From the NCBI RefSeq assembly GCF_964355755.1, contig NC_092671.1, positions 38,140,304-38,204,303 of the forward strand: a stretch of 64,000 bases of DNA, given 5' to 3'. A program made the translations under genes and the position numbers. The notes beneath the pieces were generated by a model, which saw only the letters and a program-made list of their open reading frames with translations, did not search any database and had not been told where the DNA came from. Shown here piece after piece: positions 52,840 through 64,000 of this stretch (its first letter is position 1; every line of letters begins with the position of its first letter). The DNA comes from Antedon mediterranea (lineage: Eukaryota; Animalia; Echinodermata).

Positions 52840-52864
52840 TTTGTTTTCGTCTTCTTTCTTCACA
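52579..52864 (-). CDS. MICAL3: MICAL first recognised coding exon (N-terminal monooxygenase helices)
   Basis: [12 protein letters not shown]...[15 protein letters not shown]; CAG acceptor 52865-52867, GTTAGT donor; ATG at 52839. Confidence 0.9.
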
Positions 52865-53353
52865 CTGTCAACAAAAATTCAAATATTAACAATTAAAATA
52901 AAAATAATGTTTATAATAAAATGTACAGTAAGAATGATAAGAAACAACAATTCTCTCAACATTAGGTTCCTTATATTCTACTGAGGAAAAAAAAACAAAG
53001 AATGTACAGTACATGTATGTAAATTATTGTTAGACCTCTGTATGTAAGGGACCTGTGGATGTATTCACCATTCACACCTAGGCTAAGGAAAACACTTACC
53101 CATAAAATAAAAATCTCCTATCTAAGTGAATACAATTTAAGGGAAATATTTATTGAGTTAAGTGAAAACCTTAATATTTAAGGGAAATATCTCACTTAAG
53201 TATGATTGGTGAAACTGTTTATTAGTAACACAGTACTGTAAGTTTTAACTACGAGACCAGAATTAAATATATTTTGTGATAAAGTGCTCCACTCTTAAAA
53301 ACAATCTGTGATTGTTCATTACGATGACAAACCAGTATAGTAACAATTTATAA

Positions 53354-56300
53354 CTAGAATTTAATTCGTCACTTTGACGAATTATAGGTGATCATTTTTA
53401 TCGCTTTACTTACGTTAATATTTTTTAAACATGCACGTACGTTAACATACAATAGGAAAATGTTGATGTATACCATCCTGTTATACGCTTATAGTGCGGA
53501 GTTGTGCCTATTATGTGTCATATACAATATGTACAGTATATACTATATATCTATATACAGTGTAGCATAGGTGAAATTACGGGACCCACATCATTTTCAA
53601 ATTTTTTGGTATGATAGAATTATCAAAATAAACTCGAAGATGACAATTTCGAAAGATAATGAATTGAGCAAATAAATATAAGGATTGGAAGATAATTTGA
53701 CACGTAGAAGCGCAATGCGCGCTCTTTGAAATTTGTATAACTTTGACTAAAGAAATTTAAAAACAACGTTTTAACTTCAACTGGCCATATGATAACATCA
53801 CAACATCCGATAGGCTTAATTTTTATATGAATTCATATCTACATTTAATCAGCTTTCATAATAAATTATAATCTTCAAGGTCCTCTTTAATTCTGAAGAG
53901 CTATAACATATTCAAATGTATGGTGTAGCTGAAATTACACGACCTTGGTTATTAAAGTTTTTACACATGATGACGTCATCAAAATAAAAATGTTGACAAC
54001 TCTTGAGAAAGATAATTAATTGAGCAAGCACATACTAAAATTTCGGCAAAAATCGGGCTCAAATAACGGAGATGCGCTCTATTGAATGTGATAACCCACA
54101 CAAAAAGATAAAAATTACTAATTTTTAAATTGAAGTGGCCATTTGATGACGTCATACCATTTTGTACGTCTAATGTGTACATGAATATGTATCTACAACC
54201 CAATGGCTTCCCGAATAAGTTAAAAAAATTGGGGGTCACCTGCCATTCTGAAGAGTTATATTCATTTTAAAAAGGCCTTATTTTTCACCATTTTCAGCAC
54301 TTTGATGCAATTAATTTGCGCATTTTGTTATTTTTAACCTGCTCGTATAGCGTTATTTTCAGTCGGAACTTACTCAAATTAGGTGAATGTACTAAGGATG
54401 GTGAGTAGAACGCGATTTGTATAAAAAAACTGCAATTTTTACGCTTTGTAAGTATCGCGCGCGCAAAATATTTTTTTTGCGCAGTAATTTTTTGAAACAC
54501 GCAAATGGCCTAATTCATGCTCTAAATTGATTAAAACGTAATTTTGAGCTTTTTAAATTTTTACTGCGCGATTCCACACGCATGACCCTACGTGCGCGCG
54601 CATTTTTACTTGCTAATATTTTTACCCTTGACCTGAAGTTTACGTGTAGTGAATTTCATAAATATGTGATAATAAATTATGGATATATGATTGATAATGT
54701 GATTTCACAAAATGGCGTATACGTGACGCCACGGATGAGTGATCACGCTGAAAAGCTTATTATGGCTAAGTTAAAATATTTGAAAGACATTGTGAAATTT
54801 TTGTGATCATTGCTATTCAACTTTTTGAGATATTTGACGAACAAAAAGTGTACAGAAAGAAGAATAACTAGAATTTAATTCGTCACTTTGACGAATTATA
54901 GGTGATCATATTTATCGTTTTAATGAAATTAACATTTTTTAAACATGCACGTACGTTAACATACGATCGTAAAAAGTTGATGTACGCCATCCTATGACAT
55001 GATGCATATACACTTATAGTGCTGAGTTGTACCTATTATGTACAGTATATACTGTATATCTATATACAGTGTAGCATAGGTGAAATTACTGGACCCACAT
55101 CATGTTCAAATTTGTCGGTATGATGGAATTATCAAAAAAAACTCGAAGATGACAATTTCGAAAGATAATGAATTGAGCAAATAAATATAAGGATTGGAAG
55201 AGAATTTGACACGTAGAAGCGCAATGCGCGCTCTTTGAAATTTGTATAACTTCGACTAAAGAAATTTAAAAACAACGTTTTAACTTCAACTGGCCATATG
55301 ATAACATCACAACATCCGATAGGCTTAATTTTTATATTAATTCATATCTACATTTCATCAGCTTTCATAATAAGTTATAATCTTCAAGGTCACCTTTAAT
55401 TTTGAAGAGCTATAATATATTCAAATGTAAGGTGTAGCTGAAATTACACGACCTAGGTTATTCAAGTTTTTACGCGTGATGATGTCATCAAAATAAAAAT
55501 ATTGACAACTCCTGAGAAAGATAATTAATTGAGCAAGCACATACTAAAACTTCTCCGAAAATCGAGCTAAAATAACGGAGATGCGCTCTATTGAATGTGA
55601 AAACCCATACAAAAAGATAAAAATTACTAATTTTTAAATTGAAGTGGCCATTTGATGACGTCATACCATTTTGTACGTCTAATGTGTACATGAATATGTA
55701 TCTAAAACCCAATGGCTTCCCGAATAACATAAAAAAATTGGGGGTCACCTGCCATTCTGAAGAGTTATATTCATTTTAAAAAGGCCTTATTTTTCACCAT
55801 TTTCATCACTTTGATGAAATTAATTTGCGCATTTTGATATTTTTAACCTGCTCGTATACCGTTATTTTAAGTCGGAACTGACTCAAATTTGGTGAATGTA
55901 CTAAGGATGGTGAGTAGAATGCGATTTGTATAAAAAATTGCAATTTTTACACTTTGTAAGTATCGCGCGCGCAAAATAATTTTTTTGCGCAGTAATTTTT
56001 TGAAACACGCAAATGGCCTAATTCATGCTCTAAATTGATTAAAACGTAATTTTGAGCTTTTTAAATTTTTAATGCGCGATTTCACGCGTATCACCCTACG
56101 TGCGCGCGCGTTTTTATTTGCTAATATTTTTACCCTTGACCTGAAGTTTACGTGTAGTGAATTTCATAAATATGTGATAATGAATTATAGATATATGATT
56201 GATAGTGTGATTTCACAAAATGGCGTATACGTGACGTCACGGGTCAGTGATCACGCTGAAAAGCTTATTATGGCTAAGTTAAAGTATTTGAAAGACATTG

Positions 56301-58089
56301 TGAAATTTTTGTGATCATTGTTATTCAACTTTTTGAGATATTTGTTACACAAAAAGTGTACAGAAAGAAAAAAAAAAAAAATAATAACTAGACATGTAAC
56401 TCGTCACTTTGACGAGTTTGGTTATCCGCCGCGCAAGTGGTGCAACATTAACATTAAGGGGATAGGTTGAGGACAAAAGGAAGTGTTCACGTTGGCATTA
56501 TGACCTGAACTGAAGAATATGATCTGTTGTTATTGCTGAATTTTATTATTTAAATTCATATATAGTATACACAGTATAATCTGTATCCATATCACATACA
56601 GTGTAGAATATGTGAACTTACGGGACCCGCTATTTATTGCAATTTTTAACATGTTGACGGTTTTAAAATGAAACGGGAAGGTAGCAATTCCGAAAGGAAA
56701 TTATCTCAGCAACAACGTATTAGCGTGTAGAAGAAATTTGAATACGTGAAATATTGATGCGCGCTCTTTTAAATGTAATGAATTATGACGCAAAAGATGA
56801 AAATACGACCTTTTTTATTTAACTGGCCATATGATGACGTCACAACATCCGATTGGCAACATTTTTACATAATTTCGTATCTACAATCCAATAGCTTCCA
56901 GAAAAAGTTTTAATCGTGATTATCAAATTTTATTCTTACGAGCTATAACAGATTAAAATTTACTGTAAAGATGAAATTGATGCCACACGTGATTTAAATT
57001 TTTAGGCATGATGACGTCAAAAAAATTAAAATATTTTTAACTTATGCGAAAGATAGTTGATTGACCTAGACAATATCAAAATCGGGGTGAAAATGGAAAA
57101 CGGATAAGTGGAGATGCGCTCTATTCAATGTGATGAGCTATGACGAAAGATGCAAAAATCCTAAATTTTATATTCGCGTGGCCATACGATGACGTCACAA
57201 TGTCCGGTTAGCCATATTAATACCTGATCCGATATCTACAACTCATCTACTTCTAGAAAATGTCATCCACAAAAATTTGACCGTCTAGTTTAGAAATTAC
57301 GACTGTTTAAAAAAAGTCATATTTTAAACGAATTTTTTAACCTTTTCATAAAAAACGCGCGCAAATTGGCCAATTCGACGTGCTCGTATGACGTATCTTT
57401 AAGTCAAAATTGTTTAAAATTTGGTAAAATTACTAGAAAAGGCTGAAAAAACATAAATCACGCGAAAAAATTATGTTTTCAATTCTACGTGCGCACCGCA
57501 CACGTAAAAATGTGCGCACGCGTGGGAATTTTTGACATGCTTAAAACGACATGAAACGCGTAGAAAGTTGATTATAAATTAATTTTGCGCATTTTGAAAT
57601 TTTAAATGCGCGTGCACGCGTAACTTTGTGTATAACACGCAATTTTTTTTCAACAGAAAGTTAGCGCATGATATAAATTAAACTTTTGCAAAGTTTCAAG
57701 TTGAAATGTTATTTGGTTGTCGAGCTATGTTAAATACGACAAAATCGTTAAATCGCGCGTAAGTCACGTTGCGCAATTGTAAACGTCATGAAAAGCTTCG
57801 CTTGACGACGTTACGTAAATGTCAATATGTTAAGATAGTTACCAAAATGTTATGTTTGCGAGTTTTGGAGAAAAGCGTTACACAAAAATCATACAGAAAG
57901 AAAGAAGAAAAATAAAAAGATGATGATTTCGTACAATCACAAGAGGTTATCCTGCAACTTCGTTGCGGATAACCAATAAAGATTTAATACAATAACAATA
58001 GGTGATCATTTTATTCTAAATGATCACCTAACAATAAAGATTTTGTACAATAACAATAGGTGATCATTTTATTCTAAATGATCACCTAA
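53354..58089 (-). mobile_element. Three nested non-autonomous Helentron/Helitron2-like elements (~1.55-1.6 kb each)
   Basis: Three 3' ends (hairpin + CTAG on minus) at 53354, 54868, 56388; three stacked 5' hairpin ends at ~57976, ~58031, ~58089; subterminal inverted repeats; insertion at TT; no TSD. Confidence 0.85.
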
Positions 58090-58461
58090 ATAGCCATTTC
58101 AATCATCACTCCACAAAAGTACAGAAAGAAGGTCAAATAATTGTGATCTCTGTCCGTATTTTGTACAAAATTATGTTAGTATGAACTAAAGTGCTAAGCA
58201 CAGTAAAGTACAACTACTAAACAACAGTTTAATACTAACTGGTAGTACATTAGTATGAAAGGCTCCCAATAATGTGTCTGTGTTCTGAAGCATACACAAA
58301 CATGTTTTATGTTCCATTTTATTATTATTCACGCTCAAGATAGATTCAAAATACAGCGTAGAAAAAAAGATACAGTTTTGTACTGTACTTACTGTATCTT
58401 CTGTCATACAAATTTTATTGATTATCAATATACTTTAAAGATATTATAAATCCAAAGGCAA

Positions 58462-58680
58462 ATTACTGAAAATTTATGCTGTGGGTATCAGTGGCTGGAT
58501 CTCAATGAAGATACAAATAAAATGAGCACTGGAAAATTTACAATGCTGTGGGTATCAGTGGCTGGATTTCAATGGAGATACAAAATAATATAAGCAAAAA
58601 GCTAAATCAAAATGATAAAGTAAAATGGCCAGAAAAATTAGCAGAGCTTTCGGGCAACACTGGCCCTTCATCAGTGCAAG
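58462..58680 (-). mobile_element. Hammerhead-headed dispersed repeat, copy 2 (Penelope-like pLTR or retrozyme-like fragment)
   Basis: Two ~68-bp subrepeats (tgctgtgggtatcagtggctgg...gataca) plus a hammerhead motif at the minus-strand 5' end; second copy at 30620-30839. Confidence 0.75.
58638..58679 (-). ncRNA. Minimal type-I hammerhead ribozyme
   Basis: UUGCA-CUGAUGA-A-GGGC(CAGUGUU)GCCC-GAA-AGCU-C^UGCUAA: intact core, 4-bp stem II, palindromic AGCU stem III, short stem I GCA/UGC. Confidence 0.72.
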
Positions 58681-59698
58681 AAAAATATTATAAGATAGAT
58701 ATTATAATATTATTAATCATTATTTTATAATCAATTTTAATGAACTTATTAATTAACCAAATTAGCTTGTAGAGTTGGGATGCATTAAACCGCCAAATGA
58801 CAGTACACAGTGTTGTTGAACACACTGAACAGACATTAAAATTAATAATCAACTTGTTGATTGTACAATATGTACCATGGCCTCAGGAAAAAACAGCCTT
58901 AAAATTGGATAAAGTGATCTTGAAATATTTTTAACTGGAAAAGTACAAAATGCATGTTTTCAAAGTGGTACATTTACATAAAATGAACAAAACAATACAA
59001 ACATCAATAATAAAAATCAATAATTAAAGTACTACAGGTACTTAGTTAAGTCTCCGAGTTTGATATTAAATACTACTATTAACAGAACTAGCATCATTTT
59101 AAAACAACAAAAAAAAACAACTAAAATTTACATTAAACCACTAAACAGAAACCATAAAAAATACCATACCTTAAATAGTTTCAATAGTTAAAATATTCAC
59201 AGAGCTCAAGAATTTTACCAACGCAAGTAATCATTGAAAAAAGTGCAATGTCTAATGACAGAATGCCGTGTTGTTTTTGTTTTTAAGTATCAGGATATGA
59301 TGTGGAAATACCAAGGTTGCCTTCTATGAAACCAGAAGTCAGGTCTATGTGACTACACGATTCAGTAACTTTTATGTTGGTTCGATGGGATTTTTTAAAC
59401 TGTATGTTTTTTAGAGGTTTGCAGTGTTTGCGATGTTTAGCAATACTAACATCAACAAAAGGCTTTGATGCTAGACCTATTAACTCTAATTATGTGACCA
59501 CCGACAACATCCGAAGACAATAAAAAAAAAAAATATTGATGACAATTGTAACCTTAAGGATGTCAATTGTTTTTATTACCATTGTCAATATATACATTTA
59601 CCACCTTGCGGTAAATAAATACATTTTCTTGTAAAAACAGATTTCAACATCAAAAACAAGCATGTTTCAGTTTTATTTACAATAAAAAATTGTTATAG

Positions 59699-60935
59699 CA
59701 GACCTTGATTTAAAAGGAGCGCCATGGCGCTGACGCTCCTTGGCGCTCTTGAAAACGATCAAAGGAGCGCCTAAAATAGCGCTCCCCAACCTGTTACAGT
59801 GCGTCATAAAAATATATATAATGATAAGAACATTAACCCCGAATACAACAAACAGTCTATATATAGTCGCGCAAACGATCTTTGTTATGGCTACCCGGAC
59901 CCCCGATAGGCTAGGCGCGCCTACGATCTTTGATGTTGCGAGAAAAATATCGTAAACAATTCATTCTAAATATAGTATCAGAATGTTCAATCGGTAGCTC
60001 AAAAAGACTGCCGTCAGAAGACCGTAATTATACAGACCTAGTTTTTTTGGTCACATGGCATGAAATGCGATACTCTCTGCTTTACCGCAACATCTCACAT
60101 GGTTTTTTTTTAACTCAGTATGTGAGGGTGGCTGCCGACGATAAACAGTAATTAAGATCGTGTACCTGGATTTTGTGTCACATGACATGAAACACTCTCT
60201 CTGATCTCTTAATAACTGCTCACATGTTTTCCCCCCTCCAAATTCTGGTCGGGCCTTTTCTTATACACATGTCGCCTTTATGTTAAATCTTATAGTAATT
60301 AATATGGAATATATATTTATTTTGCATATATTTTGTTGGTGTCCTAGCCCAGGTGTCGTTGTTTTTATAATTCGCTAACCCAAGGTAGGATTAAATAATT
60401 TATAGTGTAGGCCGCCGAAACTAGACTAGGCCTAGGCCTAGATAGATAGCCTCGACTCTCTCTCTCTCTGCGAGAGCTGAGAGGTCCACGGACCCGATGT
60501 CGTCTCGTCGGCGGATTTCCGTCCAAATTAGGATAACCGATGCGTAGGCCTAGCTAGGGTGGCTACAAAAATTGACGTCTACTATCTTTAGATAGGATTT
60601 TAATTAGCAAACAATACATTGTTTGTTTTCATTGTCCATGCTTCTAAAGTAAAGGCGATGACAATGGTGTTTACTAACCCTACGATCGACGCGTAGATAA
60701 TTATCACAACAATACATCGTAGACTACGTTCAGAGAACAATGACCTACGATGAATTTTACGTGCGAGAGTACCATTTCCGGCCATCTAGAGGTGTCATTT
60801 ATCAAAATTCGGCTCGCCACAGGCCCAACCATGGTGGGCCTGTGCCTCGAATACTTAATCAAAATAATGGCTCTCCTCAACATATTGAGGAGAGCCATTA
60901 GGAGCTCTCCTCTTATATTTATAAATCAAGGTCTG
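59699..60935. mobile_element. 1237-bp non-autonomous DNA transposon, 14-bp TIR, 7-bp TSD
   Basis: gttatag|CAGACCTTGATTTA...TAAATCAAGGTCTG|gttatag; subterminal ggagcgcc / ggagagcc repeats; perfect 16-bp-stem hairpin at 60865-60900. Confidence 0.85.
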
Positions 60936-60974
60936 GTTATAGCCTACATTACATAGGAAAATGAATAGTGATTG

Positions 60975-61470
60975 GTACAGTACTCTGTAAATGGATGAAT
61001 TTAGATCAACAATTGTACATAAATGAGGCTATTATTATGTTTAAAATTATGAACAACTTTGCACCTAATTATTTAACTAACCCAAAATTACTGTAACACT
61101 ACCAAAACCATAAACTAATTATAAAAAGAAAAGCCTATCATATAGAGCAAAAATGTGGAATGAAATTAATGAGGATCTTAAAAATTGCCAAACCATTTCT
61201 TTATTTAAAAAACAAATTATGACAACTTTGTATTAAGATATGTGTATTTTAATGGAAACACTATATCTCTGCCAGTTTTATTTTTAATCTATTCAGTAGT
61301 TATTTTTAAGCATAAATGAACATCAAAACAGTAGTTAAGATTGTTTATTAGTATTTATATTTCAGTATAATCTATTGTAGTTAAGATTTTTGTTTGTGAA
61401 CTTTGTTTTTATACACTTCCTTGCAGAAAAACAACTGCTACTTGAGCCAAGTTTTCGTGTTTAAATAAAG
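60975..61470 (+). mobile_element. Degenerate CR1/L2 LINE 3' fragment
   Basis: Broken frames give AIIMFKIMNNFAPNYL and KMWNEINEDLKNCQTISLFKKQI; ends ...tttaaataaa. Confidence 0.7.
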
Positions 61471-63523
61471 CCAGGTAATTTTTTTCTACTGTAATCTTCT
61501 AGTGAATCATACTAACTATTAATGGACCTACTTTCTACTGATTAGGTTCATGATTATACCAAAATACCTTTTCTACTAGAAAAGTAAAATATGAAACAAT
61601 GGTTTTTATTTTTTTCAAAATTCAAATCAACAATTACTAAAGCACAATTACTTTACGTACACTAAGTATGTCATCATATACAAAACCCTAAATTAGATTT
61701 TATAAGATATTTAAAGGTAACACAATGGGGAAACCACCATAGTTACTACAATACTTGCTATGTAAATATATGCTAGCATACTACTAGCACTAAACTACAC
61801 TACTTAGTGTGTTACAGGACATAGGTCAAGAGGTTTATCCAGTTAATAATTAGGTCAGTTTATTGATTAATCATGTAAAGCCTAATTCCTATTATTAATC
61901 AAAACAAATGTGATTTGGCAGTAGCCTTGTACTGTACCATGAATTGCATTGTAAACATACTGGTGGTATTACCACCAGCAAAAGTTGATAATTATGTATT
62001 GTAACAAGAACTACCGAAAGGAAATAGCAAGGTGTGTTTGTTAACGTCAAGCTTATTACCACACCTATGGAATCAGAGCTGTGCTATGCATGTGTACTAT
62101 ACAATACTCAATAACTTTGATAACAAGAGGACGTTAGATTCATGTGCTTTCTAATACTGATAGCGGTATTTGCTTAAAACATGCTGTTTTTAAAAAGGTG
62201 TAGAAAATGTCTGACAGTGACAAGTGCTAGAATTTGCATATTGTACTGACAAGCAGTATAGAATTGATTGTTAAATAGTTGTTAGTTGCTGTTGGTTATC
62301 ATTGAGTAGATTCAAGATTAAAAAATCAATTTACAACAATGAGGATAAAGACAAGGAGAATGTAATAATAACCTATTGATTACTTTGGTATTATGTAATG
62401 TACTGTAAAAGAAGAACCATGTTCAATACTAGACTTGAGAGATAGTGGCGGATCCAGGATTTTGAAATAGGGGGAGCCCCAGGGCCTAAAAGTGGTGTTA
62501 AATGGAGTGCTGAACTGAAATGGTGTCCTATCTTTTGCATTACAAATTGGGAAATTTAGAGGGGACCGGGCCGGCTGGTGTGTGTGATGTGCCCAAATAT
62601 GGTAGTGATGTGCCCAGATATGGTAGTGATATGACATCATCATTCATGTCCATATATGGGCACATCAAATTTTGTTGTCACATAAAGTTTGATAATGTAC
62701 ACCAGGCTTTAAAGGCCCGAATCCTTTATTGTAACATTTGTAAAAAAGCATTCGGATCGGAATAACAGAATTTCTGGAAAACCAGACATATTAGGGCAAG
62801 GGTGGCGAGTTAGCTGTACAGTACTAAAAATCAATATTGGATGTTACAGTACAGTATGTTCCCCTCAATGTCAAGGGCATCTACTGCCCTTTGCATTGAT
62901 AACTTTAACTTACTGTCTGTTTGTCTGTCTTGAGAATTGGGAATAACAATCACAAGATCCAGAGGAAACATTATGATAGAAAGTCTTATTTTTACAGAAA
63001 AAACACATTCAAGAATCCTCCATTGACATTGTTTCATTTTTTTTATAAACAAAAATAACTTCACCATAGCATTTTATAATTATCATATGTCTTGACAATT
63101 GAGAATAATGTCCTACTCAGAGGAAAGGAAGGGTATTATAAAGAAATTACTTTTTTACAGAAACAAATTTTAAAGGGACCTACTGTACGAACCAGTAATC
63201 TAAACATTTTTAACTCTCTACAAACTACAAAATCCACATTAAATCATACCGAAATTTAAAGGGACATGCGAACCAGAAATCTAAAAATGTTCAACTCTGT
63301 TTACAGTACAAAACCCACATTAAATCATATCGAGTACAAAATGTAATAAGCATTAATTATTGAGTTAGGAGTGACTAGTGAGTTCATTTATAGGTCATTA
63401 TTATGAAACATGAATTAGTCTGCCTGGAAGTTTTGCAGGCAATCTATTATTATTAATCAATTCATAGCATTGTTTATCCAGTTCTTATTCTTCGATTGTA
63501 GAACACAAACAATTAAACACTAA

Positions 63524-64000
63524 AGCTCTGTCCATACTATCATAAACTAGTAATAGTATGACAAAAAAAGTGTAATATGCCACGGACATGATGATGTCAT
63601 ATCACTACTGGGAATATCACTACCATATTTGGGCATATTACTATCATATGTGGGCATATCACTAACATGTCTAGGCATATCACTAACATATACTAGGCAT
63701 ATCACTAGTCATATTTGGGCATATCACTATCATATTTGGGTATATAACTACCATATTTGGGCATATCACTACCATATTTGGGCATATCACTACCATATTT
63801 GGGCATATCACTACCATATTTGGGCATATCACTACCATATTTGGGCATATCACTATCATATTTGGGTATATCACTATCATATTTGGGCATATAACTACCA
63901 TATTTGGGCATATCACTACCATATTTGGGCATATCACTACCATATTTGGGTATATCACTACCATATTTGGGTATATAACTACCATATTCGAGTGTAGACA
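63524..64000. repeat. MITE copy with expanded 21-bp minisatellite (about 18 units); right TIR runs off the window
   Basis: taa|agctctgtcc... then (GGCATATCACTACCATATTTG)n ...gtgtagaca. Confidence 0.92.

Noticed and set aside
53979-56314. Duplicated ORFs (MTPNFF..., ...LRARAFL...) as a tandem gene pair
   Set aside because: They lie within the near-identical non-coding bodies of the nested elements and have no Rep/helicase or other motifs.
53354-57976. Simple 1.5-kb tandem triplication
   Set aside because: The three 5' termini are stacked at the far end in reverse order, which fits nesting rather than head-to-tail duplication.
59170-59399. MICAL 5' UTR exon
   Set aside because: The donor AAG|GTATGG is plausible but the acceptor is poor; not supportable without transcript data.
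63600-63990. CRISPR-like or repeat-protein reading of the 21-bp array (ORFs [21 protein letters not shown])
   Set aside because: Units are head-to-tail with no unique spacers, there are no cas genes, the context is eukaryotic, and the ORFs arise because a stop-free 21-mer stays in frame.

Overview
AT-rich, intron-containing animal (invertebrate-like) genomic DNA, not prokaryotic. The window is dominated by one minus-strand gene, a MICAL-family F-actin monooxygenase most like MICAL3. I traced 22 coding exons by hand from ~52.8 kb to the stop at 14357; all intron phases are consistent and give ~1908 aa (FAD monooxygenase, CH, LIM, acidic/low-complexity linker, C-terminal bMERB coiled coil). Left of it are an intronless Ig-domain type-I membrane protein gene (+, ~10.1-11.5 kb), a broken Rex1/Babar-like LINE, a ~3.9-kb long-inverted-repeat element carrying a Deu/Nin-type tRNA SINE, and a Kolobok-like terminus. 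Introns are rich in non-autonomous transposons. Most notable: (i) three Helentron/Helitron2-like elements nested one inside the other at the same homologous site, with co-varying terminal hairpins (53354-58089); (ii) a ~220-bp dispersed repeat headed by a minimal Penelope-type hammerhead ribozyme (core intact at ~58.65 kb, mutated at ~30.8 kb); (iii) a Harbinger-type MITE family (~17 copies) whose internal 21-bp unit varies from 0 to about 18 copies; (iv) candidate frame-preserving microexons, a cassette exon inside the bMERB domain, and a GC-AG intron in MICAL. All calls come from manual reading; no database searches were run.
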